NCBI GenBank assembly: GCA_944350485.1
Contig: CALVPE010000042.1
Coordinates: 1-39,181, forward strand
Direction: 5' to 3'
Length of the DNA stretch: 39,181 nucleotides
Source of the DNA: an uncultured Bacilli bacterium
GTDB taxonomy: Bacteria > Bacillota_I > Bacilli_A > RF39 > UBA660
The position numbers were made by a program, and so were the translations under genes. The notes below the pieces were generated by a model. The model made no database searches. It saw nothing but the letters and a program-made list of their open reading frames with translations, and had not been told where the DNA came from. This document shows, piece by piece, positions 1-8,671 of the stretch (positions within the stretch are counted from its first letter, which is position 1; each line of letters opens with the position of its first letter).

Positions 1-30
1 ATATTGATTTAATAAAGTAATTATGATATT
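1..30. repeat. Left arm of perfect 30-bp inverted repeat (partner 561-590)
   Basis: atattgatttaataaagtaattatgatatt is the exact reverse complement of 561-590 (aatatcataattactttattaaatcaatat). The match stops at 31/560 and may extend beyond the window edge. Confidence 0.95.
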
Positions 31-264
31 TTTATATTAAGTATTTGTTTTATCTACTTGTTTTATATAAGTTATAAGCTTATCTTTATCTTATTTTTTT
101 ATTTCTTAGTTATCTTTTTTTATTAAAGTAGGTTTTAAATTGCTAATGATTTTTTTGACCTCTTTTGAATTATTATTTAATTCAAGATACTTTTTATTTG
201 CTTTTTTTAAACTTTCTTGATTATTTTTAAGTTGTTCTTTCAATTTCTTGTTTAATACCTTTAA
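25..264 (-). pseudogene. Degraded coiled-coil gene fragment, possibly the C-terminal part of a plasmid recombination (Mob/Pre) protein
   Basis: One minus frame reads LKVLNKKLKEQLKNNQESLKKANKKYLELNNNSKEVKKIISNLKPTLIKKDN*EIKK*DKDKLITYIKQVDKTNT*YKNI. The three TAA stops (108-106, 93-91, 39-37) are each one base from Tyr/Glu codons. The family call is from recalled resemblance only. Confidence 0.55.
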
Positions 265-301
265 TCATAGACATTAACCTTTCTTATGTTTTTTTCGTAT
301 T

Positions 302-328
302 AAAAAAAATCAATCTTTACGATTGATT
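302..328 (-). terminator. Rho-independent terminator of the tRNA-Ile2/tRNA-Leu transcript
   Basis: Stem aatcaatc (308-315) / gattgatt (321-328). The A-run at 302-309 gives a U-tract on the minus strand. Confidence 0.75.
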
Positions 329-368
329 ACTATATTAAAAGTTCGAATAATTCGAACAGATTTCTCGA

Positions 369-451
369 TGGTGCGGGTAACAGGAATCGAACCTGCACTC
401 CGAAGAACTAGTTCCTAAGACTAGCGCGTCTGCCAGTTCCGCCATACCCGC
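369..451 (-). tRNA. tRNA-Leu (anticodon TAG)
   Basis: Reverse complement GCGGGTATGGCGGAACTGGCAGACGCGCTAGTCTTAGGAACTAGTTCTTCGGAGTGCAGGTTCGATTCCTGTTACCCGCACCA shows a cloverleaf, long variable arm, TTCGA T-loop and encoded CCA. Confidence 0.97.
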
Positions 452-462
452 ATAAAACAAAA

Positions 463-539
463 TGGTGGACCCTATAGGACTCGAACCTATGACCGCCCGG
501 TTATGAGCCGGATGCTCTAACCAACTGAGCTAAGGGTCC
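463..539 (-). tRNA. tRNA with CAT anticodon, Ile2 (lysidine) type
   Basis: Reverse complement GGACCCTTAGCTCAGTTGGTTAGAGCATCCGGCTCATAACCGGGCGGTCATAGGTTCGAGTCCTATAGGGTCCACCA. The GGACC acceptor stem resembles Bacilli tRNA-Ile2. It has a G1-C72 pair and lacks the GGG/CCC anticodon stem of initiator fMet. Confidence 0.93.
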
Positions 540-558
540 ATTTCACACTTGCTAATTA

Positions 559-587
559 ATAATATCATAATTACTTTATTAAATCAA
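559..587 (-). promoter_or_regulatory. SigA-type promoter for the tRNA pair, overlapping the rdgB 3' end
   Basis: TTGATT (587-582), 17 nt, TGn-TATTAT (564-559), about 20 nt upstream of tRNA-Ile2. Confidence 0.6.
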
Positions 588-590
588 TAT
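561..590. repeat. Right arm of perfect 30-bp inverted repeat (partner 1-30)
   Basis: Exact reverse complement of 1-30. Contains the last codons and stop of rdgB (IDLIK*) and most of the tRNA promoter. Confidence 0.95.
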
Positions 591-1152
591 TTTTTTGAAA
601 ATTTGTGTCAACTGCTAATTTTTCTAAAGCTTTTTTTCTAGGACTTATTTTATTTTTTTCTTCTATATTCATACTTGATAAATATTTATTCTTATAAAGA
701 AAAATACTATCAAATCCAAAACCTTGATCAATTTTTTCAACTAAAGCAACTTTACCTTCTAATTTATATTCACTTGTTATTAAATTAAAACCATTATAAT
801 AAGCAAAGCAACAAGTAAAATAGCAAGTTCTGTCTTTAACACCATTCATTTTTTCGAGAATAGCCTGGTTTCTTTCATGATCACTTTTCAAATCACCTAA
901 AAAACGTTTTGTTAAAACACCAGGAAAACCATTTAAAGCTTTAATTTCTAAACCACTATCATCAGCAATAGTAGGTAAATTTGTTATTTCATAAATAGTT
1001 TTAGCCTTGATAATAGCATTTTCTAAAAAAGTCTTACCATTTTCTTCAATTTCAATTTTTTTATTTAAGTCATTTAAACTTAAAATATTCATTTTTAAAA
1101 TACTTCTAACTTCTAAAATTTTACCTTTATTAGAACTTGCAAAAAATAACAT
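571..1152 (-). CDS. rdgB: Non-canonical purine NTP pyrophosphatase (RdgB/HAM1)
   Basis: ASSNKGK, ENAIIKA, ADDSGL, GFPGV, GFGFDSIF and KNKISPR motifs. Confidence 0.93.
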   Translation of the reverse strand: MLFFASSNKGKILEVRSILKMNILSLNDLNKKIEIEENGKTFLENAIIKAKTIYEITNLPTIADDSGLEIKALNGFPGVLTKRFLGDLKSDHERNQAILEKMNGVKDRTCYFTCCFAYYNGFNLITSEYKLEGKVALVEKIDQGFGFDSIFLYKNKYLSSMNIEEKNKISPRKKALEKLAVDTNFQKNIDLIK

Positions 1153-1167
1153 ATAACCACCAAAAAA

Positions 1168-1197
1168 ATTATAAAATAAAGTTCAAATATTTGTCAA
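1168..1197 (-). promoter_or_regulatory. SigA promoter of rdgB
   Basis: TTGACA (1197-1192), 18 nt, TATAAT (1173-1168). Confidence 0.65.
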
Positions 1198-1273
1198 ATC
1201 ATAAATTTTCCTTTTAACTTGTTAAATAGTTTACTTTTTAAATAATAAATAATATAATTATCTCGGTGATAAT

Positions 1274-2629
1274 ATGTTTCAAAATAAAAAAATATTAATT
1301 TTAGGAGCAGCTCGAAGTGGAATTGCTTGTAGTAAGGAATTAATAAAATTAAAAAATGAAGTTATTTTAAATGATAGTAAAGATGAAACCTTAATGGAAA
1401 AAGATAAAATTCAAGAATTAAGAAATTTAGGAGTAACTTGTTTATTTGGTTCACACCCTGATGATTTACTTGATAAAACATTCGACTATCTAATTAAAAA
1501 TCCTGGTATTAGAAATGATCATAAGTATGTTTTAAAAGCCAAAGAGCTAAATATTCCGGTTATAAATGAGGTTGAAGTAGCTTATTATATGTTACCTAAA
1601 AATGTTAAGTTAATTGCTATTACTGGAACTAACGGAAAAACAACGACAACGACGTTAACTTATAATATTTTAAAAGAATATTATGGCAAAAAGGTTCATT
1701 TAGCTGGAAATATTGGTTATCCTTTAACAAGTATTCTACCAAGTATTAAAGAAAATGATATTTTGGTTATGGAAGTATCTTGCCAACAACTTGCTAATTT
1801 AGAAACTTTTAAACCAGATATAGCTTTACTAACTAATTTAAGTCCGGCTCATATTGATTTCTTTGGAGACTATGAAACCTATAAACAAGTAAAAGTTAAA
1901 TTATTTAAAAATCAAACGGAAAAAGATATTGCTATTTTAAATTATGATAATCAAGATAGTTTAGATAGCACTAAAAATATTAAAAGTAAAAAGTTATATT
2001 TTTCTTTAGAGACAAAGAAAGACGCTAGTTATTTAGATAATTATTTATATTATCAAGATAATAAAGTTTTAAACCGAGATTTAATGTTTTTAAAAGGGGA
2101 TCATAATGTTAGTAATGCTTTAGGGGCTTTAATAATTGCTAAATTAATGGAAGTTCCAGATGAAGTAATAGAAAAAGTTTTAATTAATTTTCACGGAGTT
2201 ACTCATCGATTAGAATATGTTGATACTATTAAAGGAAGAAAATTTTATAATGATACAGAAGCTACTAATATCAAATGCACTCAAATTGCATTAAATGCTT
2301 TTAAAGAACCAACAATTATCTTTTTAGGAGGTCTTGAAAGAGGACAAAATTTTCTAGAACTTACTCCTTATATGAAAAATGTTAAGTTAATAGTAGGAAT
2401 TGGAGAGTGTCGCTTAAGAGTTAAAGAATTTGGAGAGAAATTACAAATAAAAACTATTATTTATGAGTATTTAAAAGATGCTTTTAAAGAGACTTATTTA
2501 AATTCAACTGATGGTGATATAATTTTATTAAGTCCGGCATCAGCTTCTTGGGATCAATATAAAGAGTGTGAAGAAAGGGGTGATGAATTTAAAAAATTAG
2601 TTGAGGAATTAAAAAATGAAAGTAATTAA
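1274..2629 (+). CDS. murD: UDP-N-acetylmuramoyl-L-alanine--D-glutamate ligase
   Basis: LGAARSG, KNPGI, P-loop [25 protein letters not shown] and the MurD-specific [12 protein letters not shown]...RG. Confidence 0.92.
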   Translation: MFQNKKILILGAARSGIACSKELIKLKNEVILNDSKDETLMEKDKIQELRNLGVTCLFGSHPDDLLDKTFDYLIKNPGIRNDHKYVLKAKELNIPVINEVEVAYYMLPKNVKLIAITGTNGKTTTTTLTYNILKEYYGKKVHLAGNIGYPLTSILPSIKENDILVMEVSCQQLANLETFKPDIALLTNLSPAHIDFFGDYETYKQVKVKLFKNQTEKDIAILNYDNQDSLDSTKNIKSKKLYFSLETKKDASYLDNYLYYQDNKVLNRDLMFLKGDHNVSNALGALIIAKLMEVPDEVIEKVLINFHGVTHRLEYVDTIKGRKFYNDTEATNIKCTQIALNAFKEPTIIFLGGLERGQNFLELTPYMKNVKLIVGIGECRLRVKEFGEKLQIKTIIYEYLKDAFKETYLNSTDGDIILLSPASASWDQYKECEERGDEFKKLVEELKNESN

Positions 2630-2861
2630 AAATCGTATTTATAAACATTTTAAAGGAGATTGTTATTTAGTTTTAGATATAGCAATTCACTCGGAAACAG
2701 GAGAAAAGTTAGTAATTTATAGATCACTTTATGGAGATGGTACCTTATATGCTAGACCTTATAAGATGTTTATAGAAAAAGTTGATTATGAAAAATATCC
2801 TGATGTTAAACAAGAATATCGATTTGAACTTCAGGAAATTGTAAGTAAAAATAATAAATAG
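2616..2861 (+). CDS. DUF1653 family protein
   Basis: YKHFKG..Y.V..IA.HSETGE.LVIYR.LYG....YARP..MF...YRF pattern. Overlaps the murD end and has a GAGGA RBS. Confidence 0.85.
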   Translation: MKVIKNRIYKHFKGDCYLVLDIAIHSETGEKLVIYRSLYGDGTLYARPYKMFIEKVDYEKYPDVKQEYRFELQEIVSKNNK

Positions 2862-2876
2862 AAAGTGAGATAATTT

Positions 2877-4106
2877 ATGAAAATAGCAAATGTTATAGGA
2901 AGAGAAATATTAGATTCAAGAGGAAATCCTACTGTTGAAGTTGATGTTATTTTGGAAAATGGGATTGTTGGACGAGCTGAGGTTCCGAGTGGAGCTTCAA
3001 CTGGGGAAAGAGAAGCTTTAGAATTAAGAGATGGGGATAAAAAACGTTTTAATGGAAAAGGTGTTTTAAAAGCTGTTAGTCATGTTAATCATGAATTAAA
3101 AGATTTAGTAGTTGGCAAGGATGTTTTTGATCAAAAAGGAATTGATTATGCAATGCTTGAATTAGATGGCACGAAAACTAAATCCAATTTAGGAGCTAAT
3201 GCAATTTTAGGTGTTTCCATGGCTGTTTTAAAAGCGGCTGCTCTTGCTAAAAATATGCCTTTATATAAGTATGTTGGTGATGGAAAAACTTTACCACGAC
3301 CAATGATGAATATTATTAATGGAGGAGCACATGCTGATAATAACTTAGATTTTCAAGAATACATGATTATTCCAAATCGCGATACTATTAAAGAAAGAAT
3401 AAGAGTTGGAGCAGAAGTTTTCCAATCTTTAAAAAGTGTTTTAAAAAGTTATGGATATGTAACAAGTGTTGGTGATGAGGGAGGTTTTGCTCCTAATTTA
3501 AAAACTAATAAAGAAGGTTTTGAACTTATCATTGAAGCTATTAAAAAAGCTGGATACGAACCAGGAGTTGATGTTAATTTAGGAATAGATGTAGCAGCAA
3601 GTGAGTTCTATGAAGATGGAATTTACTATTTAAAAGGCGAAGATAAAAAATTAACAACCGAGCAATTAGTTGATTTTTACCAAGAATTAGTTACAACTTA
3701 TCCAATTATTACAATTGAAGATCCTGTTGCTGAAAATGATTGGAATGGATTTAAATTAATAACTGAAAAATTAGGTGATAAAATTCAATTAGTAGGGGAT
3801 GATTTGTTTGTTACTAACAAAGAATGTTTACAAAAAGGAATTGACATGCAAGCAGGAAATGCTATTTTACTAAAAGTAAATCAAATTGGTACTATTACTG
3901 AAACTTTAGAAACAATTGAACTTGCTAAAAAACATGGCTATAAAACAGTTATTTCTCATCGAAGCGGAGAAACTGAAGATACAACGATAGCTGATCTTGC
4001 TGTTGGACTTGATTTAGGGCAAATAAAAACTGGTTCAATGTCAAGAACTGATCGAATTTGTAAATATAATCAATTAATAAGAATTGAAGAAGAATTAGAA
4101 AAATAA
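2877..4106 (+). CDS. eno: Enolase (phosphopyruvate hydratase)
   Basis: [45 protein letters not shown] and IKTGS motifs. Confidence 0.98.
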   Translation: MKIANVIGREILDSRGNPTVEVDVILENGIVGRAEVPSGASTGEREALELRDGDKKRFNGKGVLKAVSHVNHELKDLVVGKDVFDQKGIDYAMLELDGTKTKSNLGANAILGVSMAVLKAAALAKNMPLYKYVGDGKTLPRPMMNIINGGAHADNNLDFQEYMIIPNRDTIKERIRVGAEVFQSLKSVLKSYGYVTSVGDEGGFAPNLKTNKEGFELIIEAIKKAGYEPGVDVNLGIDVAASEFYEDGIYYLKGEDKKLTTEQLVDFYQELVTTYPIITIEDPVAENDWNGFKLITEKLGDKIQLVGDDLFVTNKECLQKGIDMQAGNAILLKVNQIGTITETLETIELAKKHGYKTVISHRSGETEDTTIADLAVGLDLGQIKTGSMSRTDRICKYNQLIRIEEELEK

Positions 4107-4119
4107 ATTTAATTTAAAA

Positions 4120-4160
4120 TTTAAAAGGATTCCTGGTTTTTACCATTGAATCCTTTTAAA
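4120..4160 (+). terminator. Long hairpin after eno (probable terminator or 3' stabiliser)
   Basis: tttaaaaggattc / gaatccttttaaa 13-bp stem plus an inner tggt/acca stem. No clear downstream U-tract. Confidence 0.55.
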
Positions 4161-4323
4161 ATAGGGAAAATAAATAATTTATTTCAAAAAATCAAATTCA
4201 TAAATAATAAAATTACAGATATAATAATTAAAGATTAGAAAATAATAAAAAAATAAATATACAAACGAATAGACATTTGTTATAATAAACTTGAAAAATT
4301 AAAAATCTTAAAGGAGTTAGTCT

Positions 4324-7191
4324 ATGTATATACCACTTTATAACAAAACAACTTATTCTTTTTTATCCAGTTTACTAGAAGTGGATGATTTAATTCAAAT
4401 TGCTAAAGATAATAATTTAAATAGTATAGCTATTTGTGATAATAACATGTATGGAGTTATGGAATTTATTTTAAAGTGTCAAGCTAATAATTTAAATCCT
4501 TTAGTTGGAGTTGATTTAGAAGATAGACTTTTATTTGCTAAAAATTATCAAGGTTATCAAAATTTATTAAAATTAACAAGTTTAAAAACCGAAAGAACTT
4601 TAACAGAAGAGGATTATGCAACTTATCATGATAATTTAATTTGTATTCCTTTAACAACCATAAATACTGTTTATGAAACAATTTTTTATCCTTTAAATAG
4701 TCATAATCAGCAAGAAGAAAATGTTATTTATATTAATAAATTATTATATAAAAAAGAATATGATTATGAAATATTAAAATATTTAGAACTTTTAAGAGAT
4801 AATTTAACAATTTTAAATGAATATCAAGATAAGAAAAATTGTTATTATAAAAAAATTAAAATTGATAATTTAAGTCTAGAAAATACATTTAAATTAGCTA
4901 GTCTTTGTCATTTAGAATTACCAAAATTTTCTTTAAATTTACCTAAATATTTAACAAATATGAACTCAAAAGATTATTTAATAAGTTTAGCTTATAAAGG
5001 TCTTCAAAAAAGATTAGATCAAAATATACCTTTTAATTATTTAGAAAGATTAAAGTATGAATTAGATGTTATTGTCAAAATGGGTTTTACAGATTATTTT
5101 TTAATAGTTTATGATTTCATTAAATATGCTAAGAAAAATAATATTTTAGTAGGACCAGGAAGAGGGTCAGCAGCAGGATCTTTAGTTAGTTTTTCTTTAG
5201 GAATTACTGATATTGATCCTTTAAAATATGATTTGTTATTTGAAAGATTTTTAAATCCTGAACGAGTTAGTATGCCAGATATTGATACTGATTTTCCAGA
5301 CATTTACCGAGATGAAGTTATTAAATATGTTAATTTGAAATATGGTTTAAAACGAGTTGCAAATATTATAACTTTTTCCCAAATGGGTGCTAAATTATGT
5401 ATTCGTGATATTGGTCGAGTTATGAATATTCCTTTAACAGAAATTGATAATATTACGAAAATTATTGGTTCTAGGAAAGAAAGTTTAAAAGAACTTTTAA
5501 AAACGGATTTAAAACTACAAAGTTATTATCGAAATGATTTAAAAATTAAAAAATTAATGGATGTTTCAGCTCAAGTTGAAGGGATTAAAAGACATACTTC
5601 AATCCATGCAGCGGGGATTATTATCTCAGGTTCTCTTTTGGATAACTTTGTTCCCTTAATATATGATGATGCAACTAAACAATATATATCTGGCTATGAA
5701 GCTACTTATTTAGAAAATTTAGGGCTTTTAAAAATGGATTTTCTAGGAATTAGAAATTTAACAACCATTATGGAAATAATGGATAATGTTTTAAAACAAG
5801 AAAATATTAAAATTGATTTTAATAATATTCCTTTAGATGATGAAGCCACTATTAGCTTATTTAAAAATGGTGATACCAATGGTATTTTTCAATTTGAAAG
5901 TCAAGGTATGAAACAATTTTTAAAAGAATTAAAACCAAATAACTTTGAAGAAATAGCTGCAGCTATTGCTTTGTATCGTCCCGCATCAGCTGCAAGCATC
6001 CCAGATTTTATTAAAAGAAAAGAAGGACTTCAAGAAATTGATTATTTTGATCCTAGTTTAGAATCAATTTTAAAACCTACTTATGGAATAATTATTTATC
6101 AAGAACAAACTATGCAAATTGTAAGAACTATGGCAGGTTTTACTTTAGGAGAAGCTGATATTTTAAGAAGGGCAATTTCTAAAAAGAAAAAAGAAATATT
6201 AGAAAGTTATCAAACTAAATTCTTAGAAGGTGCTTTAAAAAAAGGTTATTCTTTAGAATTAAGTCAAAAAATTTATGATTTAATTTTAAAATTTGCATCT
6301 TATGGTTTTAATAAAAGTCATAGTATTGCCTATACGATGGTTTCTTATAAAATGGCCTATTTAAAGGTTCATTTTGCTAAATATTTTTATACTTCCCTTT
6401 TAAATAGTGTTATTGGTGATATCGATAAAACCAAAGATTACTTATATGAATTAAAAAAGTATAATCTCAAAGTTTTAAAACCTGACCTTAATTTAAGTAC
6501 CTGTTCTTATCAAGTAATAGATGACAATATTTTAAGTCCTTTTAATATTATTAAAGGAATAAGCAAAATAATTTGTACTAAAATAATTCATAATCGGATT
6601 AAGCCATATCAAGATATCTATGACTTTTTTAGTAAAAATAATACTTTAACTAAGAATAATTTAGAAATTTTAATTGAAGCTGGTTGTTTCGATAAATTTG
6701 GTTATAATCGTCATACTTTAATTGCTAATTTAGATAATCTTTTAAATTATGCTATTTTATGTCAAGATTTAGAAACTGAATATGTTTTAAAACCAGAAAT
6801 AATTGAAAAAGAAGAATATAATAATAATTATTTAGTTGAAAAAGAAAAAGAATTATATGGTTTTTATATATCTAATCATCCTGTTTTAAATTATAAAAGT
6901 CAAAATAAAAATATTATTAATTTAAATGAAATAGGTAATTATTTTAATAAATATGTTACTTTAATTGTTTTAGTTGAAAAAACAAGAGTAATTGAAACTA
7001 AGAAAAATGATAAAATGATGTTTTTTGTTGGAAGTGATGAAGAAGTAATAGGGGACTTTACGATGTTTCCAAGAGAATATGAAAAATATTTTGATTTAAA
7101 AAAGGGTGATATAATTAAAGTGGAGGGAAAGATTGAAAAAAGAAATGGTGTTTACCAAATCATTGTTTCGAAATTAGAAAAATTAAATTAA
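4324..7191 (+). CDS. dnaE: DNA polymerase III subunit alpha (DnaE, degenerate PHP domain)
   Basis: GPGRGSAAGSLV, FERFLNPER.SMPDIDTD, HAAG, KMDFLG, YQEQ, YGFNKSH and a C-terminal OB fold. AAGGAG RBS. Confidence 0.96.
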   Translation: MYIPLYNKTTYSFLSSLLEVDDLIQIAKDNNLNSIAICDNNMYGVMEFILKCQANNLNPLVGVDLEDRLLFAKNYQGYQNLLKLTSLKTERTLTEEDYATYHDNLICIPLTTINTVYETIFYPLNSHNQQEENVIYINKLLYKKEYDYEILKYLELLRDNLTILNEYQDKKNCYYKKIKIDNLSLENTFKLASLCHLELPKFSLNLPKYLTNMNSKDYLISLAYKGLQKRLDQNIPFNYLERLKYELDVIVKMGFTDYFLIVYDFIKYAKKNNILVGPGRGSAAGSLVSFSLGITDIDPLKYDLLFERFLNPERVSMPDIDTDFPDIYRDEVIKYVNLKYGLKRVANIITFSQMGAKLCIRDIGRVMNIPLTEIDNITKIIGSRKESLKELLKTDLKLQSYYRNDLKIKKLMDVSAQVEGIKRHTSIHAAGIIISGSLLDNFVPLIYDDATKQYISGYEATYLENLGLLKMDFLGIRNLTTIMEIMDNVLKQENIKIDFNNIPLDDEATISLFKNGDTNGIFQFESQGMKQFLKELKPNNFEEIAAAIALYRPASAASIPDFIKRKEGLQEIDYFDPSLESILKPTYGIIIYQEQTMQIVRTMAGFTLGEADILRRAISKKKKEILESYQTKFLEGALKKGYSLELSQKIYDLILKFASYGFNKSHSIAYTMVSYKMAYLKVHFAKYFYTSLLNSVIGDIDKTKDYLYELKKYNLKVLKPDLNLSTCSYQVIDDNILSPFNIIKGISKIICTKIIHNRIKPYQDIYDFFSKNNTLTKNNLEILIEAGCFDKFGYNRHTLIANLDNLLNYAILCQDLETEYVLKPEIIEKEEYNNNYLVEKEKELYGFYISNHPVLNYKSQNKNIINLNEIGNYFNKYVTLIVLVEKTRVIETKKNDKMMFFVGSDEEVIGDFTMFPREYEKYFDLKKGDIIKVEGKIEKRNGVYQIIVSKLEKLN

Positions 7192-7200
7192 AGGAGAGTT

Positions 7201-8619
7201 ATGAAAAAAACGAAAATTGTAGCTACTTTAGGACCTGCTAGTTGCTCAGAGAAAATAATAGAAGAGATGATTTTAAAAGGTGTTGATGTTTTTAAAATTA
7301 ATATAAATCATGCTAGTTTTTTAGAATGTGATAATTTAATTCAAAAAATTAAAAAAGCTTCTTTAAAATTGAAGAAAATAATTGGTATTATGTTAGATAC
7401 GGAAGGACCAAGAATTAAACTTGATAATTTTAAAGAAAAAGAAGTTTTTTTTGAACTTAATAAAGAAATTCGTTTTTATGATTATCATGTTGTTTGTAAT
7501 AATACACAAGTTTCTACTAATTATAATAATTTAACGAATTTAGTTTCAATTGGTGAAGAAATAAAAATAGGGGATGGGAACGTTAAATTAAAAGTAATTG
7601 CTATTCATAAAGATAACTTTATTTGTCAAGTAATCGATGAGGGTTTAGTGAAAAGTAATCAAACAGTTCATATTAAAGATGGGAATTATAAGTTACCATT
7701 TATAAGTTTAAAAGATAAAGAAAATATTTTATATGCAATTAAAAATGAAGTTGATTTTTTAGCTTTATCAAATGTTCGTGATGAACAAGATATTTTAGAA
7801 ATTATTGATTTATTAATTGAAAATGAAAATGAACATACTAATATAATTGCTAAAATTGAAAACGAAAGAGCTTTTGATAATCTTGAAGAAATTTTAAAAA
7901 TAAGTGATGGGGTTATGGTTGCTAGAGGTGATTTAGGTTCCGATATTTCACTTGAAAAATTACCTTTTTATCAAAAAAAAATTTTAGAAAAAGCTAATAG
8001 TTATCAAAAAGTTGGTTTAATAGCAACTGATTTATTAAAAAGTATGGTTGATGATAATAATCCATCAAGAGCAGAAGTGGCAGATATTTATAATGCTGTT
8101 TTTGATAAATGTGATGCTTTAGTTTTGTGTGATGAAACAACTATTGGTATTAATCCGGTTAATTGCATTGAAGTAATTAGTAAAATAATAGTTGAAGCAG
8201 AAAATGATTTTCCTTATAAAGAAAACCTTGATGAAACTTTTAGATTAGTTGAAAGAGATACCACTTCAACAATTGCTTATAGTGTTGTTGATGCTGATTT
8301 AATTTTAAATGCTAGTTCAATTCTCGCTAATACAATTAGTGGTTATACAGCTAGAAAAATAAGTTATTTTCGTCCCAAAAGTATTATTTTAGGATTAAGT
8401 CCTAATCTAACAACTTTAAAAAGTTTAACTTTAAATTATGGAATTTTACCTGTTTTAACTAAAGAATTTAAAGATATTGATCATATTTTATCAGAAAGTA
8501 TTAGTAAATATAAAGAAGTTATTGGTCATCAAAAAGATGATATTGTTATTATTACTGGTGGATTACCTATTAATAATCAAAGTACTAATTTTATGAAAAT
8601 AGAAAAAATAAGTGCTTAA
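7201..8619 (+). CDS. pyk: Pyruvate kinase family protein (divergent)
   Basis: KTKIVATLGPAS, AKIEN, DGVMVARGDLG, RAEV.D, C-terminal TN motif, and position after dnaE. Several canonical residues are altered. Confidence 0.85.
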   Translation: MKKTKIVATLGPASCSEKIIEEMILKGVDVFKININHASFLECDNLIQKIKKASLKLKKIIGIMLDTEGPRIKLDNFKEKEVFFELNKEIRFYDYHVVCNNTQVSTNYNNLTNLVSIGEEIKIGDGNVKLKVIAIHKDNFICQVIDEGLVKSNQTVHIKDGNYKLPFISLKDKENILYAIKNEVDFLALSNVRDEQDILEIIDLLIENENEHTNIIAKIENERAFDNLEEILKISDGVMVARGDLGSDISLEKLPFYQKKILEKANSYQKVGLIATDLLKSMVDDNNPSRAEVADIYNAVFDKCDALVLCDETTIGINPVNCIEVISKIIVEAENDFPYKENLDETFRLVERDTTSTIAYSVVDADLILNASSILANTISGYTARKISYFRPKSIILGLSPNLTTLKSLTLNYGILPVLTKEFKDIDHILSESISKYKEVIGHQKDDIVIITGGLPINNQSTNFMKIEKISA

Positions 8620-8671
8620 AGTTTCTTTTAAATTTAAAAATTTTATGATAAAATTTTAAGTAGGTGTGAAT

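Noticed and set aside
463..539. Calling the CAT tRNA a Met or fMet tRNA
   Set aside because: It lacks initiator features, and its acceptor and anticodon arms resemble Bacilli tRNA-Ile2.
5109..5303. 64-aa minus-strand ORF
   Set aside because: Antisense shadow of the conserved dnaE core, with no RBS or recognisable motif.
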